Shown: positions 9,825 through 19,548 of the stretch, in pieces | Layout: each line of letters begins with the position of its first letter | Position numbering within the stretch: the stretch's first letter is position 1 | Assembly: GCF_000195955.2 (NCBI RefSeq) | Contig: NC_000962.3 | Coordinates: 3,420,001 to 3,452,000, forward strand | DNA from: Mycobacterium tuberculosis H37Rv | Lineage (GTDB): Bacteria; Actinomycetota; Actinomycetes; Mycobacteriales; Mycobacteriaceae | DNA length: 32,000 nucleotides | Reading direction: 5' to 3' | Program-made: the position numbers and the translations under genes | The notes under the pieces: model-generated | The model's input: the letters and a program-made list of their open reading frames with translations, nothing else | Told to the model about the DNA's origin: nothing | Database searches by the model: none

Positions 9825-10250
9825 TTATGCAGTGACAGTGCGTCGAGCATCAATTGAGTAGATCCCACCACCGGTGAACACCAGCAGGAAGAAGCCGAAG
9901 CAGAACAGTATCGCCGGAGTTCCGCCATTGCCGTCCGGTGGACCGCCGATCGGCCACAGTGCATACGGTTGATGCATCCAGAAGTAGGCGACCGCCATTT
10001 CGCCCGAGGCAACGAACGCCACAGCGCGGGTAAACAGCCCGGTTGCGATCAGCAGACCTGCCACCAACTCGATGACCCCGGCATACCAGCCGGGCCAGGA
10101 TCCAAATTCGACGGGTTGAGCCGAGGTGACGGGCCAGCCGAAAAGGATCATCGATCCGTAGCCGGCGAACAGCAGCCCGTATACCAACCGAAAGAGGCTC
10201 AGCACAGCCGGCAAACAGCCGGCGAGCCGACGGTCGAGATCTTTCACCAT
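9825..10250 (-). CDS. DoxX-family integral membrane protein (141 aa)
   Basis: LVYGLLFAGYGSMILFGWP... with about 4 TM segments (GLLIATGLF, GEMAVAYFWMH) typical of DoxX; context Rv3064c. Confidence 0.85.
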   Translation of the reverse strand: MVKDLDRRLAGCLPAVLSLFRLVYGLLFAGYGSMILFGWPVTSAQPVEFGSWPGWYAGVIELVAGLLIATGLFTRAVAFVASGEMAVAYFWMHQPYALWPIGGPPDGNGGTPAILFCFGFFLLVFTGGGIYSIDARRTVTA

Positions 10251-10336
10251 GACACGACGTTACGGGGATCGACCGCGCGAACGCTGGGCGGATTTTGTCT
10301 CCCACCGGTGTGCCTACTCACGTGTGGACGCACGAG

Positions 10337-10382
10337 CCTCCTTTGTGTACATTTGTACATGTACAAATGTACACAAAGGAGG
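10337..10382. promoter_or_regulatory. Perfect 46-bp inverted repeat, likely operator of the adjacent TetR-family repressor
   Basis: CCTCCTTTGTGTACATTTGTACA|TGTACAAATGTACACAAAGGAGG, read base by base; its right arm supplies the GGAGG ribosome-binding site of mmr. Confidence 0.9.
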
Positions 10383-10386
10383 GGTC

Positions 10387-10710
10387 TTGATCTACCTATA
10401 CCTCTTGTGCGCGATCTTCGCGGAAGTGGTGGCAACCAGCCTGCTCAAAAGCACGGAAGGGTTCACTCGGTTGTGGCCCACGGTGGGCTGTCTAGTGGGT
10501 TATGGCATCGCTTTCGCGCTGCTGGCCTTGTCGATCTCGCACGGCATGCAGACGGACGTCGCCTATGCGCTGTGGTCGGCAATCGGTACGGCCGCCATTG
10601 TGCTGGTCGCCGTACTGTTTCTCGGCTCGCCGATATCTGTGATGAAGGTGGTTGGCGTCGGCCTGATTGTCGTCGGCGTGGTCACGTTGAACCTGGCGGG
10701 TGCCCATTGA
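10387..10710 (+). CDS. mmr: SMR-family multidrug efflux transporter (107 aa)
   Basis: MIYLYLLCAIFAEVVATSLLKSTEGFTRLWPTVGCLVGYGIAFALLALS... canonical EmrE/Mmr sequence; TTG start. Confidence 0.97.
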   Translation: MIYLYLLCAIFAEVVATSLLKSTEGFTRLWPTVGCLVGYGIAFALLALSISHGMQTDVAYALWSAIGTAAIVLVAVLFLGSPISVMKVVGVGLIVVGVVTLNLAGAH

Positions 10711-11315
10711 CCGCAGGCTCCGACCGCCGTCCACGCGACCCAGCCGGTCGCCGGCAGGCGATCGTCGAGGCGGCCGAGCGCGTGATCGCTCGCCAGGGCC
10801 TTGGCGGGCTGAGCCACCGCAGGGTTGCCGCGGAGGCCAATGTACCGGTCGGGTCGACGACCTACTACTTCAATGACCTCGACGCGCTGCGGGAAGCCGC
10901 GCTCGCGCACGCCGCAAACGCCTCGGCCGACCTGTTGGCGCAGTGGCGCAGCGACCTCGACAAGGACCGCGACCTGGCCGCGACCCTGGCCCGGCTCACC
11001 ACCGTCTACCTGGCCGACCAGGACCGCTATCGCACGCTCAACGAGTTGTACATGGCGGCAGCTCATCGACCGGAACTGCAGCGCTTGGCCCGGCTGTGGC
11101 CAGATGGTCTACTCGCGCTGCTCGAACCGCGCATCGGTCGACGAGCCGCCAACGCGGTCACCGTGTTTTTCGACGGCGCTACGCTGCACGCGCTTATCAC
11201 CGGTACCCCGCTGAGCACCGATGAGCTCACCGATGCCATCGCCAGGCTGGTTGCGGACGGCCCGGAACAGCGCGAAGTGGGACAATCTGCCCATGCGGGA
11301 CGAACCCCCGACTGA
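10707..11315 (+). CDS. TetR-family transcriptional regulator (202 aa)
   Basis: TTG start at 10707 overlapping the mmr stop; HTH '[38 protein letters not shown]'; context Rv3066. Confidence 0.93.
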
Positions 11316-11838
11316 CACCGCAGCGGCTCCCACCACCGGTGCGGCACCTGAGATTGACACCGCCCGCGAATACGAAGTAACCGCCGAATACCAGTCCTGG
11401 CGGGTCGTCTGGGGAAGCGCCGCAGCATTGCTGACGGTCGGCGTCGGGATAGGCGCGGCCATCCTCCTCGGGTGGTTCACGTTAGCGCACCGGCACCCGG
11501 ACCAGCCTGGGGCGGCCGCGACACCACCCCCTGCGGGGCTAACAACACGGTCCGCGCCCACCGCCGCCCCGCCGTCAACGCTGCAAAGCCCAGACCTGGA
11601 CAGCGTCTTTCTTGGCAACCTGCACGATCGCGGCATCTCGTTCACCAACCCCGATGCCGCCGTCTACAACGGCAAGATGGTCTGCACCAATCTCGGCGGC
11701 GGCATGACCGTGCAGCAGGTGGTCGAGGCATTGCAGAGTAGCAGCCCTGCACTTGGCGACCGGACAACCGCTTACGTGGCCGTCTCGATTCGCACGTATT
11801 GTCCGAAGTACGACGCTGTGCTGCCACCGGGATCCTGA
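11293..11838 (+). CDS. Membrane-anchored DUF732-like protein (181 aa from this start)
   Basis: TM segment [28 protein letters not shown], Pro/Thr linker, C-terminal '[42 protein letters not shown]' typical of DUF732. Start uncertain. Confidence 0.75.
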
Positions 11839-11839
11839 G

Positions 11840-11912
11840 TGGAGCTAAGGGGACTCGAACCCCTGACCCCCACACTGCCAGTGTGGTGCGCTACCAGCTG
11901 CGCCATAGCCCC
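11840..11912 (-). tRNA. alaV: tRNA-Ala (anticodon GGC)
   Basis: Minus-strand GGGGCTATGGCGCAGCTGGTAGCGCACCACACTGGCAGTGTGGGGGTCAGGGGTTCGAGTCCCCTTAGCTCCA folds as a cloverleaf; anticodon loop CTGGCAG; G3:U70 alanine identity pair; CCA not encoded. Confidence 0.96.
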
Positions 11913-11978
11913 ATGAAGTGATGCCCATCGAAGCTACACCACCGCCGGAAAGCGTTCAAAGCCCCAGGTCAGCGAGCC

Positions 11979-13622
<1,644 letters not shown>

Positions 13623-13691
13623 GGCTACCAATTCTGCCCACAGGCCCTACAGTGCGAAGCGCAGCATTAGCACACCGAGAGGGATCGACCA

Positions 13692-14090
13692 GTGCCAAAC
13701 CACGATTATCGCGAGTTGGCTGCGGTTTTCGCCGGCGGAGCGTTGGGTGCGCTGGCCCGAGCAGCGCTGAGCGCACTCGCCATCCCCGACCCAGCCCGGT
13801 GGCCATGGCCGACGTTCACGGTCAACGTCGTCGGCGCCTTCCTGGTGGGTTATTTCACCACCCGGCTGCTGGAGCGATTGCCCCTGTCGAGTTATCGACG
13901 CCCATTGCTCGGCACCGGATTGTGCGGCGGACTGACCACTTTCTCGACGATGCAGGTCGAGACGATCAGCATGATCGAACACGGTCATTGGGGTTTGGCC
14001 GCTGCCTACTCCGTCGTCAGCATCACCCTCGGATTGCTGGCGGTGCACCTGGCCACGGTCTTGGTACGCCGAGTGCGGATACGCCGATGA
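13692..14090 (+). CDS. crcB1: CrcB/Fluc fluoride ion transporter subunit 1 (132 aa)
   Basis: [13 protein letters not shown]..., [32 protein letters not shown]: CrcB signature. Confidence 0.95.
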
Positions 14091-14467
14091 CGGCCTCGAC
14101 GGCCCTGACGGTGGCAATCTGGATCGGCGTGATGCTCATCGGCGGTATTGGGTCCGTGTTGCGTTTTCTGGTCGATCGCTCGGTGGCCCGCCGGCTGGCC
14201 CGGACTTTTCCCTACGGCACACTGACGGTGAACATCACCGGAGCCGCGCTGCTGGGGTTTCTGGCCGGCCTGGCGTTGCCGAAAGACGCAGCCTTACTGG
14301 CCGGCACGGGGTTCGTCGGCGCCTACACCACCTTTTCCACCTGGATGCTAGAAACCCAACGGTTGGGAGAGGACCGCCAGATGGTTTCGGCATTGGCCAA
14401 TATCGTCGTCAGCGTTGTGCTCGGTCTAGCCGCGGCGCTACTCGGTCAGTGGATCGCCCAGATATGA
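14087..14467 (+). CDS. crcB2: CrcB/Fluc fluoride ion transporter subunit 2 (126 aa)
   Basis: [50 protein letters not shown]; 4-bp ATGA overlap with crcB1. Confidence 0.95.
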
Positions 14468-15573
14468 ACGAGCAATGCCTGAAGCTGACCGCGTATTTCG
14501 GCGAGCGGCAACGCGCTGTCGGCGGGGCGGGGAGGTTTCTGGCCGATGCGATGCTGGATCTGTTCGGCTCCCATAACGTCGCGACCAGCGTGATGCTGCG
14601 CGGTACCACCAGTTTCGGGCCAAAGCACGAGTTTCGCTGCGATCAATCGCTGAGCCTGTCCGAGGACCCGCCGGTGACCGTCGCCGCCGTCGACATCGAA
14701 TCGAAAATCCGCTCCCTGGTCGACGACGTCACAGCGATGACCGACCGCGGCCTGGTGACCCTGGAACGGGCGCGACTGGTCACCCGGCACAGCGGCGCCG
14801 AGGAATTCGGCGACATCGACAGCCGAAACGGAGATGCCGCCAAGCTCACCATCTACGCCGGCCGCCAGGTGCGGGTTGCCGGGGCGCCGGCCTACTACAC
14901 CATCTGCGAGCTTTTGCATCGACATGGATTCGCAGGTGCCACAGTGCTGCTCGGCGTCGACGGCACGGCACACGGTCGGCGCCGCCGGGCCCGGTTCTTC
15001 GGCCGCAACGTCAATGTTCCACTGATGATCATTGCCGTCGGAACGCCTGCACAGGTTGCCGTGGCCGCAATGGAACTCACCGCAGCACTGCCTAACCCGC
15101 TGCTGACCATCGAACGGGTGCGGCTGTGCAAGCGCGACGGCGAGTTGTTCGCCCGCCCCCAACAGCTGCCGCAGACCGATGACCAGGGACGCACCCTGTG
15201 GCAAAAGCTCATGGTTCACACCGCCGAAGCAACCCATCATGAGGGGCTGCCGATCCACCGAGCGCTTGTCCATCGACTGATGCAGTCCGAAACGGCGCGG
15301 GGCGCTACCGCGCTGCGCGGCATCTGGGGCTTTTACGGCGACCATAAACCCCATGGGGACAAGCTATTTCAGCTGGTGCGTAGGGTGCCGGTGACCACGA
15401 TCATCGTCGACACACCCCAGGCTATCGCGCGCAGCTTCGACATCGTCGATGAGCTGACGAACTGGCACGGGCTGGTAACCAGTGAGATGGTCCCTGCGGC
15501 CGTGTCACTCACCGGGTCACGGGATGGCACGCAAAAGACCGGTGAAACCCCACTGGCGCGCTACGACTACTGA
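14464..15573 (+). CDS. DUF190 protein with three internal domain copies (369 aa)
   Basis: ATG overlaps the crcB2 stop; three segments starting KLTAYFGE / KLTIYAGR / KLMVHTAE, each about 100 aa. Context Rv3071. Confidence 0.87.
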   Translation: MNEQCLKLTAYFGERQRAVGGAGRFLADAMLDLFGSHNVATSVMLRGTTSFGPKHEFRCDQSLSLSEDPPVTVAAVDIESKIRSLVDDVTAMTDRGLVTLERARLVTRHSGAEEFGDIDSRNGDAAKLTIYAGRQVRVAGAPAYYTICELLHRHGFAGATVLLGVDGTAHGRRRRARFFGRNVNVPLMIIAVGTPAQVAVAAMELTAALPNPLLTIERVRLCKRDGELFARPQQLPQTDDQGRTLWQKLMVHTAEATHHEGLPIHRALVHRLMQSETARGATALRGIWGFYGDHKPHGDKLFQLVRRVPVTTIIVDTPQAIARSFDIVDELTNWHGLVTSEMVPAAVSLTGSRDGTQKTGETPLARYDY

Positions 15574-15614
15574 GTGCCAGCCGCCAGATTGGTCAGATCC
15601 CACGTCGGGGACGC

Positions 15615-16322
15615 TTACCCAACCCGCGATGCGAACATCCATTTGTCGGCCAGCGCCGATACCCAGCCCGCTACGACCTCAGGATTATCCGGTGGCACCT
15701 CGACCAACACCAACTCGTCAACGCCCAGTTCGCGAGCACATCGACATCACCAACCTGAGGATTAGCCAGGGCCACGGCCAGCCGCAGTTCGCCACGATCA
15801 CGACCCGACTGTTGCCGTCGAACGATGCGACGTCGTCGCGCCATAATGTGCGCATTGCAGCGACGTATTCGGCGGTGCGCTCTGCGCGCCGCTCGAATGG
15901 CACTCCGAGCGCGTCGAACTCCTCCTTGGACCATCCGACGCCACGCCTAGTGTCAGCCGCCTACCACTCAACCGATCCAGGCTCGCCGCTTCTTTGGCCA
16001 CTATCACCGGGTTGTGCTCAGGCAGCAGTAGCACGCCCGTCGCGACGTCCACCCGCGACGAGGCGGCAGCGGCGAAACTCAACGCGATCATCGGGTCAAG
16101 CCAATCCGCCTGTGCCGGAACCGCGATGACGCCGTCGCGGGAGTAGGGATAACGCGACGCGGGCCGGTCCACCATCACGACATGTTCGCCGACCCACAAG
16201 GTGGCGAAGCCACAGTCGTCCGCCGCAACCGCGACGGCATCGACGACCGCCGGGTCGGCGCCGGCACCTATTCCAGCGCGTGCAGTCCCAGTCACATCGC
16301 ACGAGCGTCTCACACAGGCCAA
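15615..16322 (-). pseudogene. Degraded F420-dependent LLM-class (luciferase-like) oxidoreductase; longest surviving ORF 15798..16322 (174 aa)
   Basis: Intact N-part (FATLWVGEHVVM...VDVATGVLLLPEHNPVIVAKEAASLDRLSGRRLTLGV) continues in a second frame (VGWSKEEFDALGVPFERRAERTAEYVAAMRTLWRDDVASF); C-terminus ELGVDELVLVEVPPDNPEVVAGWVSALADKWMFASRVG* is found in the first frame again, ending at 15615. Confidence 0.85.
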
Positions 16323-16328
16323 TTGGCA

Positions 16329-16685
16329 TTAGCGGCCGTTGAGCAACTGCGCCAAGACGGCCGCATGGCTGCGTGCCACGTGGCGCGTCGCGGTCACCGG
16401 GGTCACAACGCTGCGCCCGGTCAGCTTGCGCAGCTCGGCTAGTGCCGCGCTGTCGTGCAGCTCCTCCTGGTAGCGCGACGCGAATTCGTCAAACCGCTCC
16501 GGCTGGTGGTGGTACCACTCGCGCAGCTCTTTGGATGGTGCGACGTCTTTGCACCAGATGCCCACCCGCTGGTCATCCTTGCGGATTCCGTGCGGCCAGA
16601 TGCGATCGACCAGGACACGCTGGCCGTCGTCGGGATCGATGTCTTCATAGACGCGGGCCACCCGCACCCGTGTCTCGCGCACCAT
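16329..16685 (-). CDS. DUF488-family protein (118 aa)
   Basis: VYEDIDPDDGQRVLVDRIWPHGIRKDD..., TATRHVARSHAAVLAQLL typical of DUF488; context Rv3073c. Confidence 0.87.
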   Translation of the reverse strand: MVRETRVRVARVYEDIDPDDGQRVLVDRIWPHGIRKDDQRVGIWCKDVAPSKELREWYHHQPERFDEFASRYQEELHDSAALAELRKLTGRSVVTPVTATRHVARSHAAVLAQLLNGR

Positions 16686-16778
16686 TGTGCCAGCGTATAG
16701 CCGTTACCGCGGGGGCTTATCCACAGCCACCGGCGCCACCAGTTGTCCCGGTCTGTGCAGGCTGCTATTCTCGAACAC

Positions 16779-18053
16779 ATGTTCGAGACATTGACCGCGA
16801 TCGACCCGGATGCCGAGGAAGCGGCGTTGATCGAGCGAATCGCCGAGCTGGAGCGGCTTAAGTCGGCAGCCGCGGCTGGCCAGGCGCGGGCGGCGGCCGC
16901 TGTGGACGCCGCCCGCAGAGCCGCCGAAGGAGCTGCCGGGGTGCCGGCTGCGCGCCGTGGACGTGGGCTGGCCAGTGAGATTGCCCTGGCTCGACGAGAT
17001 TCACCAGCCCGGGGCAGCCGGCATCTGGGGTTTGCCAAGGCCTTGGTTTACGAGATGCCACACACGCTGGCCGCCCTGGACTGCGGCGCCCTCTCGGAGT
17101 GGCGGGCCACCCTGATCGTGCGCGAAAGCGCATGTCTGGATGTCGCGGACCGGCGCGCATTAGATGCCGAGTTATGTGGCGACCCCGGCGACTTGGAGGG
17201 GATGGGCGATGCGCGGGTGGTCGCGGCCGCCAGGGCGATCGCCTATCGGCTGGACCCGCAGGCCGTCGTCGACCGGGCGGCCAACGCCGAAAATGACCGT
17301 ACGGTCACCATTCGGCCGGCACCGGACACCATGACGTATCTGACCGCCCTGTTGCCAGTCGCCCAAGGCGTGTCGGTGTATGCGGCGCTGACCCGAGCGG
17401 CAGACACCCGCTGCGACGGGCGCTCCCGCGGCCAAGTCATGGCCGACACCCTGGTCGAACGGGTCACCGGCCGCGACGCGGCGGTCCCGACCCCGATCGC
17501 GGTCAACCTGGTCATGTCGGATGAAACGCTGCTGGGTGCGGCCAACACACCGGCGCAGCTGTGCGGCTACGGTCCCATTCCTGCGGCCGTGGCACGGACC
17601 ATGGTCGCTAGCGCCGTCACCGACCAGAGATCGCGGGCCACCCTGCGCAGGCTCTACGCTCATCCTCAGGCCGGGGCGCTGGTGTCGATGGAATCACGGG
17701 CGCGGCTGTTTCCCCGCGGTCTGGCCGCCTTCATCGAGCTGCGCGATCAGCGTTGCCGCACCCCCTACTGTGACGCGCCGATCCGACACCGCGACCATGC
17801 CCACCCCTGGGCCGACGGCGGCCCGACCAGCGCGCACAACGGGCTTGGGACCTGCGAACGCTGCAACTACGCCAAACAAGCCCCCGGCTGGCGGGTCAGC
17901 ACAAGTGTCGACGAAAATCACACGCACACAGCCGAATTCATTACCCCGACAGGCAGTCGACACCGGTCCGGCGCCCCGCCGCACCTGCCTGCGGTCACCG
18001 TCAGCGAACTCGAGGTCCGAATCGGCATCGCGCTCGCTCGATACGCCGCCTAG
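16779..18053 (+). CDS. 13E12-repeat family protein: DUF222 plus HNH endonuclease-like domain (424 aa)
   Basis: MFETLTAIDPDAEEAALIERIAELERLKSAAAAGQARAAAAV... and C-terminal CRTPYCDAPIRHRDHAHPWADGGPTSAHNGLGTCERCNYAKQAPGW; context Rv3074. Confidence 0.9.
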   Translation: MFETLTAIDPDAEEAALIERIAELERLKSAAAAGQARAAAAVDAARRAAEGAAGVPAARRGRGLASEIALARRDSPARGSRHLGFAKALVYEMPHTLAALDCGALSEWRATLIVRESACLDVADRRALDAELCGDPGDLEGMGDARVVAAARAIAYRLDPQAVVDRAANAENDRTVTIRPAPDTMTYLTALLPVAQGVSVYAALTRAADTRCDGRSRGQVMADTLVERVTGRDAAVPTPIAVNLVMSDETLLGAANTPAQLCGYGPIPAAVARTMVASAVTDQRSRATLRRLYAHPQAGALVSMESRARLFPRGLAAFIELRDQRCRTPYCDAPIRHRDHAHPWADGGPTSAHNGLGTCERCNYAKQAPGWRVSTSVDENHTHTAEFITPTGSRHRSGAPPHLPAVTVSELEVRIGIALARYAA

Positions 18054-18973
18054 TAGTGGTAGGTGTCAGTCGGAGCCGGCATGTGAACCGGTTCGTCCTC
18101 GAAGTCGGACACTTCGATGCCGTAGGCGCGGGCCAGATCGAGGATCTTGGTGGCCCGGGCAATGCGCGGCAGGTCAGACCCGTTGCGGATCTCGCCCCCG
18201 TCGCGGGCGAACTCAGCGAAAAATTCCTTCGCCCAGACGATTTCGTCCTGCGACGGGGATAGCCCCTCATTCACCACCGGACATTGGTCCGGCGAAAGGC
18301 AGATCTTGCCGGTCATGCCAAACTCGGCGGAGACGGCCGTGGCCTCGATCAGCTTGAGCGCGTTGGAGCCGATGGTCGGCCCGTCGATCGCGCTGGGCAG
18401 ACCGGCGGCCCGGGCCGCGATGGTAAAGCGCGACCGCGCGTAGGCCAATGTTGCCGGGTCTTCGCCAAAGCCGGTGTCCCGGCGAAAGTCGCCGATACCG
18501 AAGGCGAGCCGGAAGGTGCCCTTGGCCGCAGCAATCTCGTTGATGCGCTCCAGACCCCGCGCCGTTTCGACCAGTGCAACGATCGGCACGTTAGGTAGTC
18601 GTTTCGCGGTCTCGGTGACATGGTCCACCGATTCGACCATCGCCAGCATCACTCCGCCAACGGGGCTATCGGCCAACATCGCTAGATCGTCCGCCCACCA
18701 AGGTGTGCCGAAGCCGTTGATGCGCACCCAGTCAGCGTTTCCGTCACCAAACCAACGCACGGCGTTGTCCCGGGCGGCATGCTTGTCTTTGGGAGCGACC
18801 GCGTCCTCGATATCGAGCACGACGATGTCGGCGCGTGAGTGCGCGGCGGACTCGAACCGGTCGCCGTGCGCGCCGTTGACCAGTAACCAACTCCGCGCGA
18901 GAACCGGATCGATACGAGACCCGGCCACCGGATCCGCCGTGTTGGTATCGACCTGTTCATACATTGAGGTCAT
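18050..18973 (-). CDS. HpcH/HpaI aldolase / citrate lyase beta-subunit-like (CitE family), 307 aa
   Basis: RSWLLVNGAHGDRFESAAHSRADIVVLDIEDAVAPKDK..., VALVETARGLERINEIAA, FGIGDF, GKICLSPDQ; context Rv3075c. Confidence 0.9.
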   Translation of the reverse strand: MTSMYEQVDTNTADPVAGSRIDPVLARSWLLVNGAHGDRFESAAHSRADIVVLDIEDAVAPKDKHAARDNAVRWFGDGNADWVRINGFGTPWWADDLAMLADSPVGGVMLAMVESVDHVTETAKRLPNVPIVALVETARGLERINEIAAAKGTFRLAFGIGDFRRDTGFGEDPATLAYARSRFTIAARAAGLPSAIDGPTIGSNALKLIEATAVSAEFGMTGKICLSPDQCPVVNEGLSPSQDEIVWAKEFFAEFARDGGEIRNGSDLPRIARATKILDLARAYGIEVSDFEDEPVHMPAPTDTYHY

Positions 18974-19071
18974 CTAGTGTCTCTTCGCTCAGTCGATGTC
19001 GACATTGTTCTCCTTAAACCGTAGCGACGTCGCAAATCGGATTGGCAGGATGCCCCGCAAAACCCACGTCC

Positions 19072-19548
19072 ATGGTGTTGGATGGCGTGGTGTCCGACAC
19101 TCGCCGCAGCCGGACGATAGCGGCCCGGCAGCAAACCATCTGGGACGTCCTGGCCGACTTTGGTTCCTTGAGTTCATGGGTCGAGGGCGTCGACCACTCC
19201 TGCGTCTTGAACCACGGTCCCGACGGCGGAGCTCTAGGCAGCACCCGCCGCGTGCAGGTCGGCCGCAACACGCTGGTGGAGCGTGTCATCGAGTTCGACC
19301 CACCCACGACACTGGCCTACCGCATCGAGGGCCTGCCCGCCCGGCTGCGCAAAGTCACCAACCGCTGGACACTACGGCCGGCCGATCCTGTAGGCGCGGT
19401 GACGGTGGTCACCTTGACCAGCACGATCGAAATCGGCGGCAACCCGCTGGCGCGTCTGGCCGAACTTGTCGTCGGCCGCGCCATGGCCAAGCGGTCCAAC
19501 ACGATGCTCGCCGGGCTGGCACAACGATTGGAGGACAAACATGGCTAA
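19072..19548 (+). CDS. SRPBCC / polyketide cyclase-like protein (158 aa)
   Basis: SRTIAARQQTIWDVLADFGSLSSWVEGVDHS...GRNTLVERVIEFDPPTTLAYRIEGLP START-like fold pattern; context Rv3076. Confidence 0.85.
   Translation: MVLDGVVSDTRRSRTIAARQQTIWDVLADFGSLSSWVEGVDHSCVLNHGPDGGALGSTRRVQVGRNTLVERVIEFDPPTTLAYRIEGLPARLRKVTNRWTLRPADPVGAVTVVTLTSTIEIGGNPLARLAELVVGRAMAKRSNTMLAGLAQRLEDKHG

Noticed and set aside
9969-10706. Upstream part of the 448-aa plus-strand ORF reading into the TetR gene.
   Set aside because: It is antisense to the DoxX-like gene and out of frame with mmr; real gene starts at TTG 10707, immediately overlapping the mmr stop.
13632-13691. Possible fluoride (crcB) riboswitch ahead of the crcB genes.
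   Set aside because: Only about 60 nt precede crcB1 up to the divergent pgmA, and I find no GGNGATGG...CC type consensus or pseudoknot pairing; regulation must be by other means.
18974-19071. ATGTCGACAT 10-bp palindrome (18996..19005) between divergent CitE-like and SRPBCC genes.
   Set aside because: Short SalI-type palindromes are frequent in GC-rich DNA; no second copy or extension supports an operator.
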